From contig CAYZQE010000002.1 of assembly GCA_964480635.1 (NCBI GenBank), forward strand, positions 11,101 to 75,100: a stretch of DNA of 64,000 bases. The letters run 5' to 3'. The notes below the pieces were generated by a model that had not been told where the DNA came from, made no database searches, and saw nothing but the letters and a program-made list of their open reading frames with translations. Source of the stretch: an uncultured Gammaproteobacteria bacterium (GTDB lineage Bacteria > Pseudomonadota > Gammaproteobacteria > GCA-001735895). The stretch's first letter is position 1; the number at the start of each line of letters is the position of its first letter. Below, in pieces: positions 1 through 10,599 of this stretch. The position numbers were made by a program, and so were the translations under genes.

Positions 1-1014
1 ATGAAAACTAACATTTTTAGATTCACCGTCCGCTAAAATAACACTCGACGCTGATGCACCCCATTGGTTTATATTTGGAATTGGCAAGCCTAATATTGCC
101 CGTGCATGTAAAGCAAATTGGGACAAGTCTTGTGAAATCATCGTCACCATTCCCGTATCATGCGGTCTGGGTGATAATTCACTAAAAATAACATCATCAC
201 CTTTTATAAAAAGCTCGACACCAAACAAGCCATGACCGCCAAGTTCGTCGGTCACTGTTGTTGCTATTTTCTTGGCCTTGTCTAAGGCACTGTCACTCAT
301 CGCTTGAGGCTGCCAAGATTGTTGATAATCACCATTCACTTGGGCATGCCCAATCGGCTCACAAAACACTGTGTCGGTATGAGTTTTAATCGTTAACAGT
401 GTGATTTCGTAATCAAAATTGACATGACCTTCAACAATCACCTTACCCGCACCACTACGCCCACCTGCTTGCGAATAAGCCCATGCCTTTTCAATCTCAT
501 CGACCGATTGGATAAAGCTTTGGCCTTTACCAGAAGAACTCATGATGGGTTTTATAAAGCATGGGATGCCAATGTTGGTAATCGCAGACTCAAATTCATC
601 AAAAGTACTGGCAAATTGGTATGCTGATGTTTTTATGCCCAACTTTTCAGCAACCAAACAGCGAATGCCTTCTCGGTTCATGGTTAAATTCACGGCTTTA
701 GCACTGGGTATGATATGAAAGCCTTCCTCCTCAAGTTCTACTAAAGTTTGGGTCGCAATCGCCTCTATTTCTGGCACAATAAAATCTGGCTTTTCTTGCT
801 CAATAACGGCTCTAAGCAATTTACCATCTAACATGTTAATGACATGACTTCGATGAGCCACTTGCATAGCAGGTGAATTGGGGTAGCGGTCTACCACAAT
901 CACTTCCACACCATAACGCTGTAATTCAATCACAACTTCTTTTCCAAGCTCGCCACCACCGCATAATAAAACACGTTTTGATGAGAGGCTTAAAGGGGTT
1001 CCAATACTGGCCAT
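1..1014 (-). CDS. purT: Formate-dependent phosphoribosylglycinamide formyltransferase PurT (3' end truncated by window edge)
   Basis: Reverse-strand translation from ATG (complement of 1012-1014) reads [64 protein letters not shown]..., near-identical in motif order to E. coli PurT (ATP-grasp). The ORF runs off the window start, so it is absent from the ORF track. Confidence 0.85.
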   Translation of the reverse strand, partial: MASIGTPLSLSSKRVLLCGGGELGKEVVIELQRYGVEVIVVDRYPNSPAMQVAHRSHVINMLDGKLLRAVIEQEKPDFIVPEIEAIATQTLVELEEEGFHIIPSAKAVNLTMNREGIRCLVAEKLGIKTSAYQFASTFDEFESAITNIGIPCFIKPIMSSSGKGQSFIQSVDEIEKAWAYSQAGGRSGAGKVIVEGHVNFDYEITLLTIKTHTDTVFCEPIGHAQVNGDYQQSWQPQAMSDSALDKAKKIATTVTDELGGHGLFGVELFIKGDDVIFSELSPRPHDTGMVTMISQDLSQFALHARAILGLPIPNINQWGASASSVILADGESKNVSFH

Positions 1015-1125
1015 AATCTATATTTTCCGTTGCTTTTTGTCATTAAATTAAAAATATTATAAACTGATCTATAAAGAATAAGATAATAATAAAAAATACC
1101 TTTTAATTCTCGATAAGGATGTGCA

Positions 1126-1971
1126 ATGAAACAGCTTTATAACCAAAAACAATTCTCACTAATCACTCTACTAATTGCTAGCCTGTTTAGTTTTAACGCG
1201 TTTGCTGATGCTAAACCCATTAAAATAGGCTTGTTACCCTATCTAAGCCCCGATTTTTTAATGACACGTTATGCACCTTTTATTAATTATGTTGGCGAGC
1301 AATTAAACTGTCCCATTTCTGTCGCCACTGCGCCTAATTTTCCAACCTATATAAAACGTGCTCATAATAATACTTATGATCTTTATGTTACAGCGCCTCA
1401 CTTTGCTGCCTTAGCAGAGCAAGAGCATGGCTTTAGACGCATTGCCAGACTAAGCCGTGAATTAGATGGTGCCATGGTGGTTCATGTCGACTCACCCTAT
1501 ACCAGTATTTCTCAACTAAAAGGTAAAAAACTAGCAACACCCGATCATCTAGCCATTATTACCATTTTAGGCGAGTTAGCATTACAAGATCATGGTATTG
1601 ACCCCACTAAAGATATCATTATAAAAAGCGCTCCTTCTCATAACACCGCTCTTTTAGAGGTCATCGAAAAACGTGCTGATGCCGCTGTCGTTTCTGCTGC
1701 GGTTTATGAAAGTATGGACCCTAAGCTTAAAAAGAAATTACGCTTAATATTTTCGACATCACGAGTGCCTCACATGATGTTTTTAGCCAGCCCAAATGTG
1801 AGTGATGAAGATTATAAAAAACTAAAAGAAGTTGTTTTACAATTTACGGCTAATGGTGATGGCAAAGCTTATTTTGAAGAGTCTGGCTATGTCGATATGG
1901 TGCCTATTACAGAAGCTGATATGACAAAAATGAAAGCCATGTTGCCTTTGCTAACTCCAAGGTTAAAATAA
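1126..1971 (+). CDS. Periplasmic substrate-binding protein (PhnD/SsuA-like type-2 PBP fold), probable sensory partner of the downstream GGDEF-EAL protein
   Basis: Signal peptide (LITLLIASLFSFNAFA), 281 aa, PBP-like composition. Stop lies 36 bp before the start of the membrane GGDEF-EAL gene. Confidence 0.5.
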   Translation: MKQLYNQKQFSLITLLIASLFSFNAFADAKPIKIGLLPYLSPDFLMTRYAPFINYVGEQLNCPISVATAPNFPTYIKRAHNNTYDLYVTAPHFAALAEQEHGFRRIARLSRELDGAMVVHVDSPYTSISQLKGKKLATPDHLAIITILGELALQDHGIDPTKDIIIKSAPSHNTALLEVIEKRADAAVVSAAVYESMDPKLKKKLRLIFSTSRVPHMMFLASPNVSDEDYKKLKEVVLQFTANGDGKAYFEESGYVDMVPITEADMTKMKAMLPLLTPRLK

Positions 1972-2007
1972 ATTATTCTTCCCCATTAACATATTTAATT
2001 ACTCTAA

Positions 2008-4371
2008 ATGAAAAAGCTCTCTTTTGGTTGGCACTCGTTAAGGTTCAAAATTGTTTTGTTTTCTGTCCTTATCGAGGTTGCCATGCTAAGTATTTTGGTA
2101 TGGAACAGTACCCGTATTGCCGAAGAGAGCTTAATTGCCCAATCACAAAATCAATTAACAGAAATTTTACCCATTTTAAATACTGCACTGTCTTCGCCTA
2201 TGTTGGCAGAAGATACGGCGACCTTAAAAGAAGTGTTAAATAAAATTGTTGCTGACCACAGTATTAACTATGTCGCCATTTATAACTCATTTAATGAACA
2301 ACTTTTAGAAAGTGGCTCTAGTAAAACAAATAAAATAAGCTCATGGGGGCGAGATTATTCTGCCCATTTACTCAATGAAGGTCTTGAAGCTCCCTATAGA
2401 ATGCGTATGTCCGTGCAAATTAGCGGTTATCCCCTAGGTAATTTAGATTTAGAGCTAGACACACAATTTATTAAAAAAACGACTGAAGATATTCGTAATC
2501 AAGGCCTATTAATCGCTGGCATTGCAATTTTACTGAGCATTTTATTACTCACTGCTCTTGGTTTTGCGCTGACTCGTAAACTTTATATATTAACTGAAGC
2601 TGCACAAAAAATGTCTACGGGTGATTTGTCCGTTCGTACCAATATACCGGGTAAGGATGAAGTCAGTGCCACCGCAGATGCCTTTAATAAAATGGCACTC
2701 TCTATCTTTCAACAAACGACTGAATTACATAAAAAACAAGAACGCTTAAATACATTGCTTGATTCTATGGAAATAGCGATTGTGTTTGAAAATAAAGAAG
2801 GCTTTATTGAATATTATAATGTTGCCTTTATGAAAATGTGGCAATTACCCCAAACAAGCATCATAAATAATGTAACTTTAGAGTCACTTCAAGGCCTTGC
2901 TCCTAATAAAGTCCTGCACACCTCTAAACCCGAAATTGTAAATTTACGCGCTGATAACCAGAAAAATATTTATCTTGATAACAAGCAAATTATTCATCAA
3001 TCCTCAAGAAAATTATTCACCGATGAAGAAACTCACTTTGGACGTTTGTGGCTGTTTGAAGATATCACTGAAAAACACAAGTCACGTCAAGAGCTCGCTT
3101 ACTTAGCAGAACATGATGCACTTACTGGACTTTTTAACCGTTATAAATTTCAACTTGAACTTGAAAATATGGCCAAAACAACCCAACGTCATAATCAAAT
3201 GTTGGTTTTATTTTATTTTGACTTAGACGAATTTAAAGCGATTAACGATAATTATGGCCACGACCAAGGTGACCTAGTACTGATTAAAATCGCAAAAGAA
3301 ATTACCTCAATTGTTCGTTCTGACGACATACTCTGCCGTATTGGAGGTGATGAATTTGCGATCTTAGCTAAAATGAATGATCACGATGAAACGCTTATTT
3401 TTGCCGAGCGTATCATCCATACCATTGCAAGAACCCCTTTTATCATTAATAAAAAAACATTGCGTATCACCTCTAGTTTAGGTGTTTCCAGTTACCCCGA
3501 TTTATCTCTTAGTCCAACAGATTTACAAACCCATGCTGATATTGCGATGTATGTGGCTAAGAATAAAGGTAAGAATGCCTTTTCTATCTATGATTCAAGC
3601 AGTGATGATATGGTCGCTTCACTTAACAGCTTAAGCTGGAATGAACGCATTGACCGAGCCTTTGACAACAATTTGTTTGAGTTACATTTTCAGGGTATTT
3701 ATCATGTTAAAGACCGAAGCATTGCTCATCTTGAATGCTTGATACGCTTAAAAGATGAAGAAAATAAAGGGCAACTCATTTCTCCTGCTGTGTTTATTCC
3801 TTATGCTGAAAAATCAGGTAAAATTTTAGATATTGATAAATGGGTCATAACCCAAGCCATCACGCTATTAGCGAGCAGTCTTGATGTTCCTTCTCTTGCT
3901 ATTAATATATCAGGGCGCTCTTTTGACCAAAAGGATTTACCTGATTTTATAGGTAAGTTAATTAAACAACATAAAATTGACCCACAAAGATTATTGGTTG
4001 AGCTCACTGAAACAGAAGCCGTATCGGATTTACAGGATGCCAAAATTTTTATAGATGCTTTACATAAAATTGGCTGTTCGGCTTGTTTAGATGATTTTGG
4101 CTCTGGGTTTTCATCTTTTGCTTATTTAAAACACATTAAAGTCGACGTGTTAAAAATTGATGGTATATTTATTCAAGACTTAGATACATCATACGAAAAT
4201 CAACTATTTGTAGAGAGCATGGTACATGTGGCTAAGGGCATGAAACAAGAAACCGTGGCTGAATTTGTTGAAAATGAAGCCATATTCAACAAATTAGAAG
4301 GCTTAGGTGTCACCTTAGCTCAAGGCTATTATTTAGATAAGCCCTCTAAAAATCACCCTGCTTTATCTTAA
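2008..4371 (+). CDS. Membrane-bound diguanylate cyclase/phosphodiesterase (2 TM + periplasmic loop, HAMP, PAS, GGDEF, EAL)
   Basis: Two hydrophobic segments flank a ~130-aa periplasmic region. GGDEF motif RIGGDEFAIL (~nt 3340-3370) and EAL motif ELTETEA (~nt 3995-4020) are both intact. Confidence 0.85.
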   Translation: MKKLSFGWHSLRFKIVLFSVLIEVAMLSILVWNSTRIAEESLIAQSQNQLTEILPILNTALSSPMLAEDTATLKEVLNKIVADHSINYVAIYNSFNEQLLESGSSKTNKISSWGRDYSAHLLNEGLEAPYRMRMSVQISGYPLGNLDLELDTQFIKKTTEDIRNQGLLIAGIAILLSILLLTALGFALTRKLYILTEAAQKMSTGDLSVRTNIPGKDEVSATADAFNKMALSIFQQTTELHKKQERLNTLLDSMEIAIVFENKEGFIEYYNVAFMKMWQLPQTSIINNVTLESLQGLAPNKVLHTSKPEIVNLRADNQKNIYLDNKQIIHQSSRKLFTDEETHFGRLWLFEDITEKHKSRQELAYLAEHDALTGLFNRYKFQLELENMAKTTQRHNQMLVLFYFDLDEFKAINDNYGHDQGDLVLIKIAKEITSIVRSDDILCRIGGDEFAILAKMNDHDETLIFAERIIHTIARTPFIINKKTLRITSSLGVSSYPDLSLSPTDLQTHADIAMYVAKNKGKNAFSIYDSSSDDMVASLNSLSWNERIDRAFDNNLFELHFQGIYHVKDRSIAHLECLIRLKDEENKGQLISPAVFIPYAEKSGKILDIDKWVITQAITLLASSLDVPSLAINISGRSFDQKDLPDFIGKLIKQHKIDPQRLLVELTETEAVSDLQDAKIFIDALHKIGCSACLDDFGSGFSSFAYLKHIKVDVLKIDGIFIQDLDTSYENQLFVESMVHVAKGMKQETVAEFVENEAIFNKLEGLGVTLAQGYYLDKPSKNHPALS

Positions 4372-4376
4372 AAACC

Positions 4377-5249
4377 TTATTCAACTAATAATTGTTCAAT
4401 GCTATTAATTGCCTTCTGAATATAACTACCACCAAAAAGATTGGCATGGTTTAAGATATGGTACACATTATAAAATAATTTCCGCATCTCATAACCATCA
4501 TCTATTGGCAATATTTCTTTATAGGCTTCGTAAAAATGGATGCCTGGATGGCCAAATAATTCCGTCATGGCTAGGTCTGTTTCATGATCGCCATAATAGC
4601 TTGCAGGGTCATAAATAACAGGATCCCCATGCGGAGTTGCCGACCAATTACCATTCCATAAATCACCATGTAATAATGAGGCTTTAGGTTGATAACTGCG
4701 AAAAAAATAAGGTGTTTTATCGACCAATTTTAATCCTAAATCTTGCAGTTCATGACTCAGCCCATTTTTATTTGCCAATTCTAATTGATAACCTAAACGC
4801 TGTGTTTGCCAAAAATCGACCCAACTGTTTGACCATGCGTTTACTTGAGGTGTTAAGCCAATAGAATTATCAATATCAAAACCAAAACGTTGCTCAATAT
4901 TGGTATGCAATTGCGCTAACTGCTGCCCAAACATGGCGCTATTTGGCTGGCCTTGAATGTCGATATAATTTAAAACCAAATAACTATCTGAACCGTAAAT
5001 ACCGTGTGCAATGACGTCAGGGACTAGAATTGAGTTAGCTTGGCGTAAAGTGTTTAAACTGGTTTTTTCAGCTTCAAACATAAACAATTGTGACTTTCGA
5101 TTGGTTTTAACAAAATAAGAAGCTATACCATCACTCACTTTATAGGCATTATTAATATCCCCGCCTGACAGAACTTGACGCTCAGTAATATGAAATAATG
5201 ATTGTGTTTCATCACTGATGACTTGTTCTAAATGTGGCCAAATCATCAT
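4377..5249 (-). CDS. Fructosamine/ketosamine-3-kinase family protein (YniA-like)
   Basis: 290 aa with FN3K/aminoglycoside-phosphotransferase-like motifs (HGDLWNGN). Converges on the GGDEF-EAL gene with only 5 bp between stops. Confidence 0.65.
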   Translation of the reverse strand: MMIWPHLEQVISDETQSLFHITERQVLSGGDINNAYKVSDGIASYFVKTNRKSQLFMFEAEKTSLNTLRQANSILVPDVIAHGIYGSDSYLVLNYIDIQGQPNSAMFGQQLAQLHTNIEQRFGFDIDNSIGLTPQVNAWSNSWVDFWQTQRLGYQLELANKNGLSHELQDLGLKLVDKTPYFFRSYQPKASLLHGDLWNGNWSATPHGDPVIYDPASYYGDHETDLAMTELFGHPGIHFYEAYKEILPIDDGYEMRKLFYNVYHILNHANLFGGSYIQKAINSIEQLLVE

Positions 5250-5253
5250 ATCC

Positions 5254-5796
5254 CTATACCGTTATTTTTTTAAATTCACCGGGCTGTAAATCATCTACCG
5301 CCCATTCATCAATTTTATAGCGAATGAGCCTTAAAGCAGGGTGATTGATAGCCGCTGTCATGCGGCGTACTTGTCGATTTTTGCCTTCTTGAATGGTTAT
5401 TTCTAGCCATTGATCGGGGATATTTTTACGCTCTCTAATAGCGGGTTCACGTGGCCATAAAATGCTCGGCGGCTCTATCATCTTCACTTTGGCTGGTTTC
5501 GTAAAACCATCTTTTAAACGAATGCCTTTACGTAATTTATCCAATGATTTTTCATCGGGGATATTTTCTACCTGTACCCAATACGTTTTGTTTTTATTAA
5601 AGCTTGGGTCGCTTATTTTTTGTTGTAGCTTGCCATCATCGGTTAACAACAATAAACCTTCACTGTCATAATCTAAACGCCCTGCAGGATAGACGTTTTT
5701 AATGGGCACATAATCCATTAAGGTTTTTTTTTCACCGTCAGTGGTAAATTGACTAAGCACTTGAAATGGCTTATTTAATAAGATTAACGTTGGCAT
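5254..5796 (-). CDS. rluE: 23S rRNA pseudouridine(2457) synthase RluE
   Basis: Collinear match to E. coli RluE: NKPFQVLSQFT, AGRLDYDSEGLLLLTDDG, YWVQVENIP, NRQVRRMTAA, LRLIRY. Confidence 0.85.
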   Translation of the reverse strand: MPTLILLNKPFQVLSQFTTDGEKKTLMDYVPIKNVYPAGRLDYDSEGLLLLTDDGKLQQKISDPSFNKNKTYWVQVENIPDEKSLDKLRKGIRLKDGFTKPAKVKMIEPPSILWPREPAIRERKNIPDQWLEITIQEGKNRQVRRMTAAINHPALRLIRYKIDEWAVDDLQPGEFKKITV

Positions 5797-6581
5797 AAGG
5801 GTAATTGCTCAAAACCCTTAACATCGTCATAAAGGCGTGTTAATTGTTTGTTAATGTCTAAACGTTGATAAAACTGATTCACTTGCTGATGCACAAAAAA
5901 AGCATTTCTAAATTTCATATCCTTAATGTTTTCTCGCTGTTCAATTATCTGTTCAATTGAGCCAAATTTTTTTAAGAGCTTCGATGCGGTATGTAACCCA
6001 ATGCCAGGAATACCCTTAATATTATCTGATTTATCGCCAGCTAAGGCTAACTGATCTGCAATTTGTTTTGGCTCAACACCTGTTTTTTTAATAATGTCTT
6101 TTTTTGATAAACGCACATCTTTTTGCATGTCCCAACAAAAATCATTGTCTTCTATCAACTGATAAAGGTCCTTATCATTACTGATAATAGTCATGGCATC
6201 AAACTTGTGACGGTTTTGCTTCATTATGCTCGCAATCACATCATCAGCTTCCACTTCATCACTACTTGCTTGCGCTAAGCCTTGTTGCTGTATCCATTGT
6301 TGGCACCAATGAAATTGTTTTTCTAACGCTTCGGGTGTGCCACCACGATGTTGTTTATAGCTTGGATATAATTGTTTACGTTTTGATGTTTTTAATCGCT
6401 GATCAAAAACAAAAACAATACAATTTGCCTGTTCGTTTTGCAGTAAATTTTGAGTAAATAACTTTAATGCATTAACCACATTAACAATCTCTCCTTGTTC
6501 GTTAAGCTCTTCTTTAGATGTTTTATACCAAAATTGATACATTAAATTGGTGGTGTCTATTAGGTATAACATTGGTGACAC
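5784..6581 (-). CDS. xni: Flap endonuclease Xni / 5'-3' exonuclease (ExoIX)
   Basis: PIN-like N-terminal domain with acidic residues (EADDVIAS) and H3TH region (GIPGIGLHTASKLL). Overlaps rluE by 13 nt (operon). Confidence 0.75.
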   Translation of the reverse strand: MSPMLYLIDTTNLMYQFWYKTSKEELNEQGEIVNVVNALKLFTQNLLQNEQANCIVFVFDQRLKTSKRKQLYPSYKQHRGGTPEALEKQFHWCQQWIQQQGLAQASSDEVEADDVIASIMKQNRHKFDAMTIISNDKDLYQLIEDNDFCWDMQKDVRLSKKDIIKKTGVEPKQIADQLALAGDKSDNIKGIPGIGLHTASKLLKKFGSIEQIIEQRENIKDMKFRNAFFVHQQVNQFYQRLDINKQLTRLYDDVKGFEQLPLCQR

Positions 6582-6589
6582 GATGAGAA

Positions 6590-7519
6590 TTAATAATCGG
6601 CTAATTGCTCTAAATCTGTTTTGATACTTTTTAATGAGGCATCAAACATTCTTTTTTCTTCATCGTTTAAAGGCAATTCAATGACACGCTCTAAGCCTTT
6701 AGCACCTAATACACAAGGGACACCCATAGCCACATCGGTTGCACCATATTCACCCTCTAATATAGCAACACAGGGCAACACTCGCTTTCGGTTATAAACA
6801 ATGGCTTCTACCATGGTTGTAATCGCGGCTGCCGGGGCATCATAGGCACTGCTGGTTTGACGTAAACTTAAAATTTCTGCACCGCCAAAACGAGTACGTT
6901 CGATAATCTCTTGTATCGTTTGTTCATCCACATAATACTCTAAAGGGATTCCAGCAATGGTGGTAAAACGCATCATCGGTACCATCGTGTCACCATGTCC
7001 GCCTAATACCATCGCATTTATATCTAAAACTGATAAGCCTGTTTCCATCGCAATAAAACTGGCCATTCTGGTTGAATCTAACACCCCTGCTTGTCCAAAC
7101 ACCTGATTTCGAGAAAAACCGCATTGCTTAAACATGCGAAACGTCATCGAATCAACGGGATTAGACACGATAATAATAATCGCATTTGGCGAATATTTTT
7201 TTATGTCTTGTGCAATCTGGTCCATTATTTTTACGTTAGTGCCTAAAATATCGGATCGCGACATACCCGGTTGGCGAGGGATGCCTGCGGTCACCACAAT
7301 TAAATCTGAATCTGTGATGCCTTCTGGACTATGGCAGCCATTGACTTGCGTATCAAACCCCAATAAGGGCGCTGTCTCTTGAATATCTAAAGCAACGCCT
7401 TGCGGCACCCCTTCTCTAATATCAATTAACATTAAATGACGGCACAGGTTTTTTTCTGCAATAAATTGTGCTGTTGATTCGCCAACACGACCTGCACCAA
7501 TAATTGATATTTTATTCAT
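6590..7519 (-). CDS. mdh: Malate dehydrogenase (LDH-like family, NAD-dependent)
   Basis: IIGAGRVGESTA Rossmann motif. The substrate-loop GIPRQPGMSRSDL retains the MDH-specifying Arg (Bacillus MDH has ARKPGMSRDDL). GGHGDTMVP present. Confidence 0.8.
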   Translation of the reverse strand: MNKISIIGAGRVGESTAQFIAEKNLCRHLMLIDIREGVPQGVALDIQETAPLLGFDTQVNGCHSPEGITDSDLIVVTAGIPRQPGMSRSDILGTNVKIMDQIAQDIKKYSPNAIIIIVSNPVDSMTFRMFKQCGFSRNQVFGQAGVLDSTRMASFIAMETGLSVLDINAMVLGGHGDTMVPMMRFTTIAGIPLEYYVDEQTIQEIIERTRFGGAEILSLRQTSSAYDAPAAAITTMVEAIVYNRKRVLPCVAILEGEYGATDVAMGVPCVLGAKGLERVIELPLNDEEKRMFDASLKSIKTDLEQLADY

Positions 7520-7683
7520 TTCATTATGCTCCTATGTCTCTTTATAATGTCGTAATGCTAGTTAAAAATAAATTCTACATTAACTTCTAAATTATGGTCT
7601 AAAATGAATATTTTACTAGGGGCCATTCCTAGAATAAAATAACGCAGTTTTTTACGTTTCATCAAAGATAAATATAAAATCAT

Positions 7684-8610
7684 ATGAATGCTTGGCTTTT
7701 CGTTTTACTTTTTAGTGTGTTTCATTCGGCATTTGCCTCCTTACCCGATTTAGAATCTCTAATCGCTAATAAAGACTATGCAAAAGCCATAAAATTAGGT
7801 GAATCCCTAAAACAACAAAACCCCAAATCAGCCTCTGTTTTATTTTATACCGCCCTAGCTTATCAACATAATAAGCAACCAGAGCAGGCCAAAAAGCTCT
7901 ATTTAAACGCCATACAACATAATGCCACTTTACCTGAGATATATAATAATTTAGCCAGTATCTATGTAAACGAAAAAAACTATCTTAAAGCGGCAGAAAC
8001 ATTAACCTTAGCGATTAATTCTGACAAAAGTATTGCCACAGCCTACGCTAATTTAAGTCAAATCTATCGTCTTCTGGCTAGCCAAGCCTATCAACAGGTA
8101 TTAGATGAAGATAGCCGAAAAAAACATTCAATGCCTCGCCTTCGCACTCAACTTCTTGTCTCGCTGAATTATCAAGAAACTTTAAATCCTTTAAAACCCG
8201 TTTTACAAACACCTATTGTTGTTGAGGTATCGCCACCACCTAGCATCACTCCCATTCAACAAATTGCTAAAAAACCTTCTGCTCAACAAGCCATCATCAA
8301 ATGGGCCTCTGCTTGGCAAGCGAAACAATATCAATCTTATGTGGATAGCTATTCTAAAACCTATGCGCCTAAAAACCTTACTCGTGACAAATGGATGACC
8401 CAACGCAAAAAACGTATACAACGCCCTGGTGATCTCTTTATTACGGTGAGTAATTTTGATATTAAACTGGCCAAGGCCAAAGCTTATGTGAATTTTGATC
8501 AGCATTACCGCTCTAAAACATATCAAGATAAAGTTAGAAAACGTATGCATTTAACCTTGATTGATGGTCAATGGCTGATCACCTCTGAAGTCACTTTATC
8601 TGTATTATAA
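7684..8610 (+). CDS. Secreted TPR-repeat protein
   Basis: Signal peptide plus tetratricopeptide-like repeats (AIKLGESL..., ALAYQHNKQPEQAKKLYLNAIQ...). Stop overlaps the start of the downstream gene. Confidence 0.5.
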   Translation: MNAWLFVLLFSVFHSAFASLPDLESLIANKDYAKAIKLGESLKQQNPKSASVLFYTALAYQHNKQPEQAKKLYLNAIQHNATLPEIYNNLASIYVNEKNYLKAAETLTLAINSDKSIATAYANLSQIYRLLASQAYQQVLDEDSRKKHSMPRLRTQLLVSLNYQETLNPLKPVLQTPIVVEVSPPPSITPIQQIAKKPSAQQAIIKWASAWQAKQYQSYVDSYSKTYAPKNLTRDKWMTQRKKRIQRPGDLFITVSNFDIKLAKAKAYVNFDQHYRSKTYQDKVRKRMHLTLIDGQWLITSEVTLSVL

Positions 8611-9776
8611 TGAAGCATCTATTCTTCATTATATGTCTCTTTAGCGCGCCATTTAGTTACGCTGAGTCTACCCATAAAAATAGCTATGAGCTTGAAGTTT
8701 TAAGCACTGCTCTCGACATTCAAAATGCACGAGTGGATGCTGCTTTAACTAAAAGTAAGGCCTTAACTGAAAAATACCCTAACAGTAAAGTCGCTCACTT
8801 AATGTATGCCGATATGTTATTAGCACATATTCAACCCTTAAAAACTATTGGTGCAGGCTTATCAAATAATAGCTTACAAATTTCTAACTTAAGCGCTGAG
8901 TTAAAAAAACGATTTAATCATAATCAGTCGTATTCATTTAAAGATATGATCCCCAGTGACGTTTTATTGTTAGCCAATAACCAGCCTTACGTCATTATTG
9001 CTGATATGACTGAAGCTAGAGTGTATGTGTTTCGAAATGAACAAGGCATACCCGTTTATGAAACAGATTTTTTTCTTACTATTGGTTTAAAAGGCTTTGG
9101 TAAAAATGTAGAGGGTGACCAAAAAACACCTTTGGGGGTGTATCACTTCATTAATTATATTGACGGGAAAAAACTACCTGATTTATATGGTACTGGCGCT
9201 TTCCCTATTAATTACCCCAATATATGGGATCGAAAACTAAAACGCACTGGTAGTGGTATATGGTTACATGGCACACCGTCCTATACCTACAATAGAGCGC
9301 CTCAAGCGAGTGATGGCTGCTTTGTTCTGAGTAATGCCGATATGCTTCGTATAGACCGTTATATTTCGACTGTGACCCACACACCTGTGTTGTTAGTTAA
9401 AAATATTTCTTGGGTGAGTACGGCACAATGGCAAGCTGAGCAATTAAAAGCACTACAAATGTTTTCTTTATGGCAAAAAGATTGGGAAAGTTTAAGTCAT
9501 GACAATTTAATGACTCACTACTCTAAAGATTATCTAGTCGACGGACGTAACTTTAAACAAATATCGGGTCATAAAAAATGGGTCAGCCGTAAAAAAGAAT
9601 ATATCCATATGGAATATTCTAATTTAAGTGTTTTCCAATATCCTGGCGAAAAGAACCTAATGCTTTTAAAATTTACTCAAGACTATAAGAGCAATAATTA
9701 TAATTCAATCACTGAAAAAGAATTGTATTGGACCAAGGATGATGATGGTGAATGGCGTATCCTCTTTGAAAGCTAG
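8610..9776 (+). CDS. L,D-transpeptidase family protein (YkuD domain)
   Basis: Signal peptide. C-terminal catalytic signature GSGIWLHGTP...SDGCFVLSNADM with the His/Cys dyad. Start is translationally coupled to the TPR gene. Confidence 0.7.
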   Translation: MKHLFFIICLFSAPFSYAESTHKNSYELEVLSTALDIQNARVDAALTKSKALTEKYPNSKVAHLMYADMLLAHIQPLKTIGAGLSNNSLQISNLSAELKKRFNHNQSYSFKDMIPSDVLLLANNQPYVIIADMTEARVYVFRNEQGIPVYETDFFLTIGLKGFGKNVEGDQKTPLGVYHFINYIDGKKLPDLYGTGAFPINYPNIWDRKLKRTGSGIWLHGTPSYTYNRAPQASDGCFVLSNADMLRIDRYISTVTHTPVLLVKNISWVSTAQWQAEQLKALQMFSLWQKDWESLSHDNLMTHYSKDYLVDGRNFKQISGHKKWVSRKKEYIHMEYSNLSVFQYPGEKNLMLLKFTQDYKSNNYNSITEKELYWTKDDDGEWRILFES

Positions 9777-9847
9777 CCCGAATATTGCCTGATAATGCAA
9801 TATTCGAGCTAGGTTGCTTTTCTTAAAAACACTTTATTCCAGACATA

Positions 9848-9873
9848 AAAAAACCAGCCTTAGCTGGTTTTTT
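9848..9873. terminator. Bidirectional rho-independent terminator between the L,D-transpeptidase (+) and rpsT (-) genes
   Basis: aaaccagc-ctta-gctggttt stem-loop flanked by A-run upstream and T-run downstream, so a U-tract follows the hairpin on either strand. Confidence 0.65.
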
Positions 9874-9893
9874 AAATGATAGACAATAAAGCC

Positions 9894-10157
9894 TTAAGCA
9901 ATTGCGACAACTTGCTTATTTAAACGGCTCTTTTGACGAGCTGCCTTATTAGCACTAATTAGACCTTTAGTTGCTGCCTTGTCTAAAATAGGAGAAACTT
10001 TTTTATAGGCTTCTTGAGCTTTCTCTTTATTTCCGCTAGCAATTTCTGCTAAAAGTTGTTTTACGTATGTACGCATCATAGAACGCTGACTGGCGTTACG
10101 TTGACGACGACTTTCCGCTGTTTTAGCGCGTTTTTTTGCAGATGCTGAGTTAGCCAT
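9894..10157 (-). CDS. rpsT: 30S ribosomal protein S20
   Basis: [34 protein letters not shown]... is a canonical S20. Confidence 0.9.
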   Translation of the reverse strand: MANSASAKKRAKTAESRRQRNASQRSMMRTYVKQLLAEIASGNKEKAQEAYKKVSPILDKAATKGLISANKAARQKSRLNKQVVAIA

Positions 10158-10241
10158 GTTTATCCTAGGTATTCAATAAAAAATAAGGCGCGCATTATCT
10201 TTATTTGGCGCTCTACTGTCAACCATGTTTCATCATTATTG

Positions 10242-10436
10242 TTATTTATTTGTATTTTTAAACTGTAAAATTTTTGCAGTGGCATTATTTTCAATTTTTT
10301 TCGGCTTTTCTGTGTGAAATAATGATGCTAATTGTTTATTTAGATCCACTAAAGAATCCATCATTAACGCTAAATAACGGGCTTGTTCGGCCTCGATACT
10401 ATTCGAACGCCTTTTTTCACTTTGCATGATAAACAA
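10242..10436 (-). CDS. Small hypothetical protein (possibly fragment of a frameshifted gene together with ORF 10482-10667)
   Basis: ORF only, with no recognisable motifs. Lies in the 440-bp gap between fadD and rpsT. Confidence 0.2.
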   Translation of the reverse strand: MFIMQSEKRRSNSIEAEQARYLALMMDSLVDLNKQLASLFHTEKPKKIENNATAKILQFKNTNK

Positions 10437-10599
10437 TAAACCCTTTAATCGTTGTTGTTGGTTTTTCGGTGCATCTTCTACTCATTGACTCAACAATTGA
10501 TTGTGTAAGCGCTCCAACTCATAAGGGTCTCGTTGGTATAACAATTGCCATTGCTCAAAACTCCAATATTTAATACTGTCGCTTTGACTAATAAGCTTA

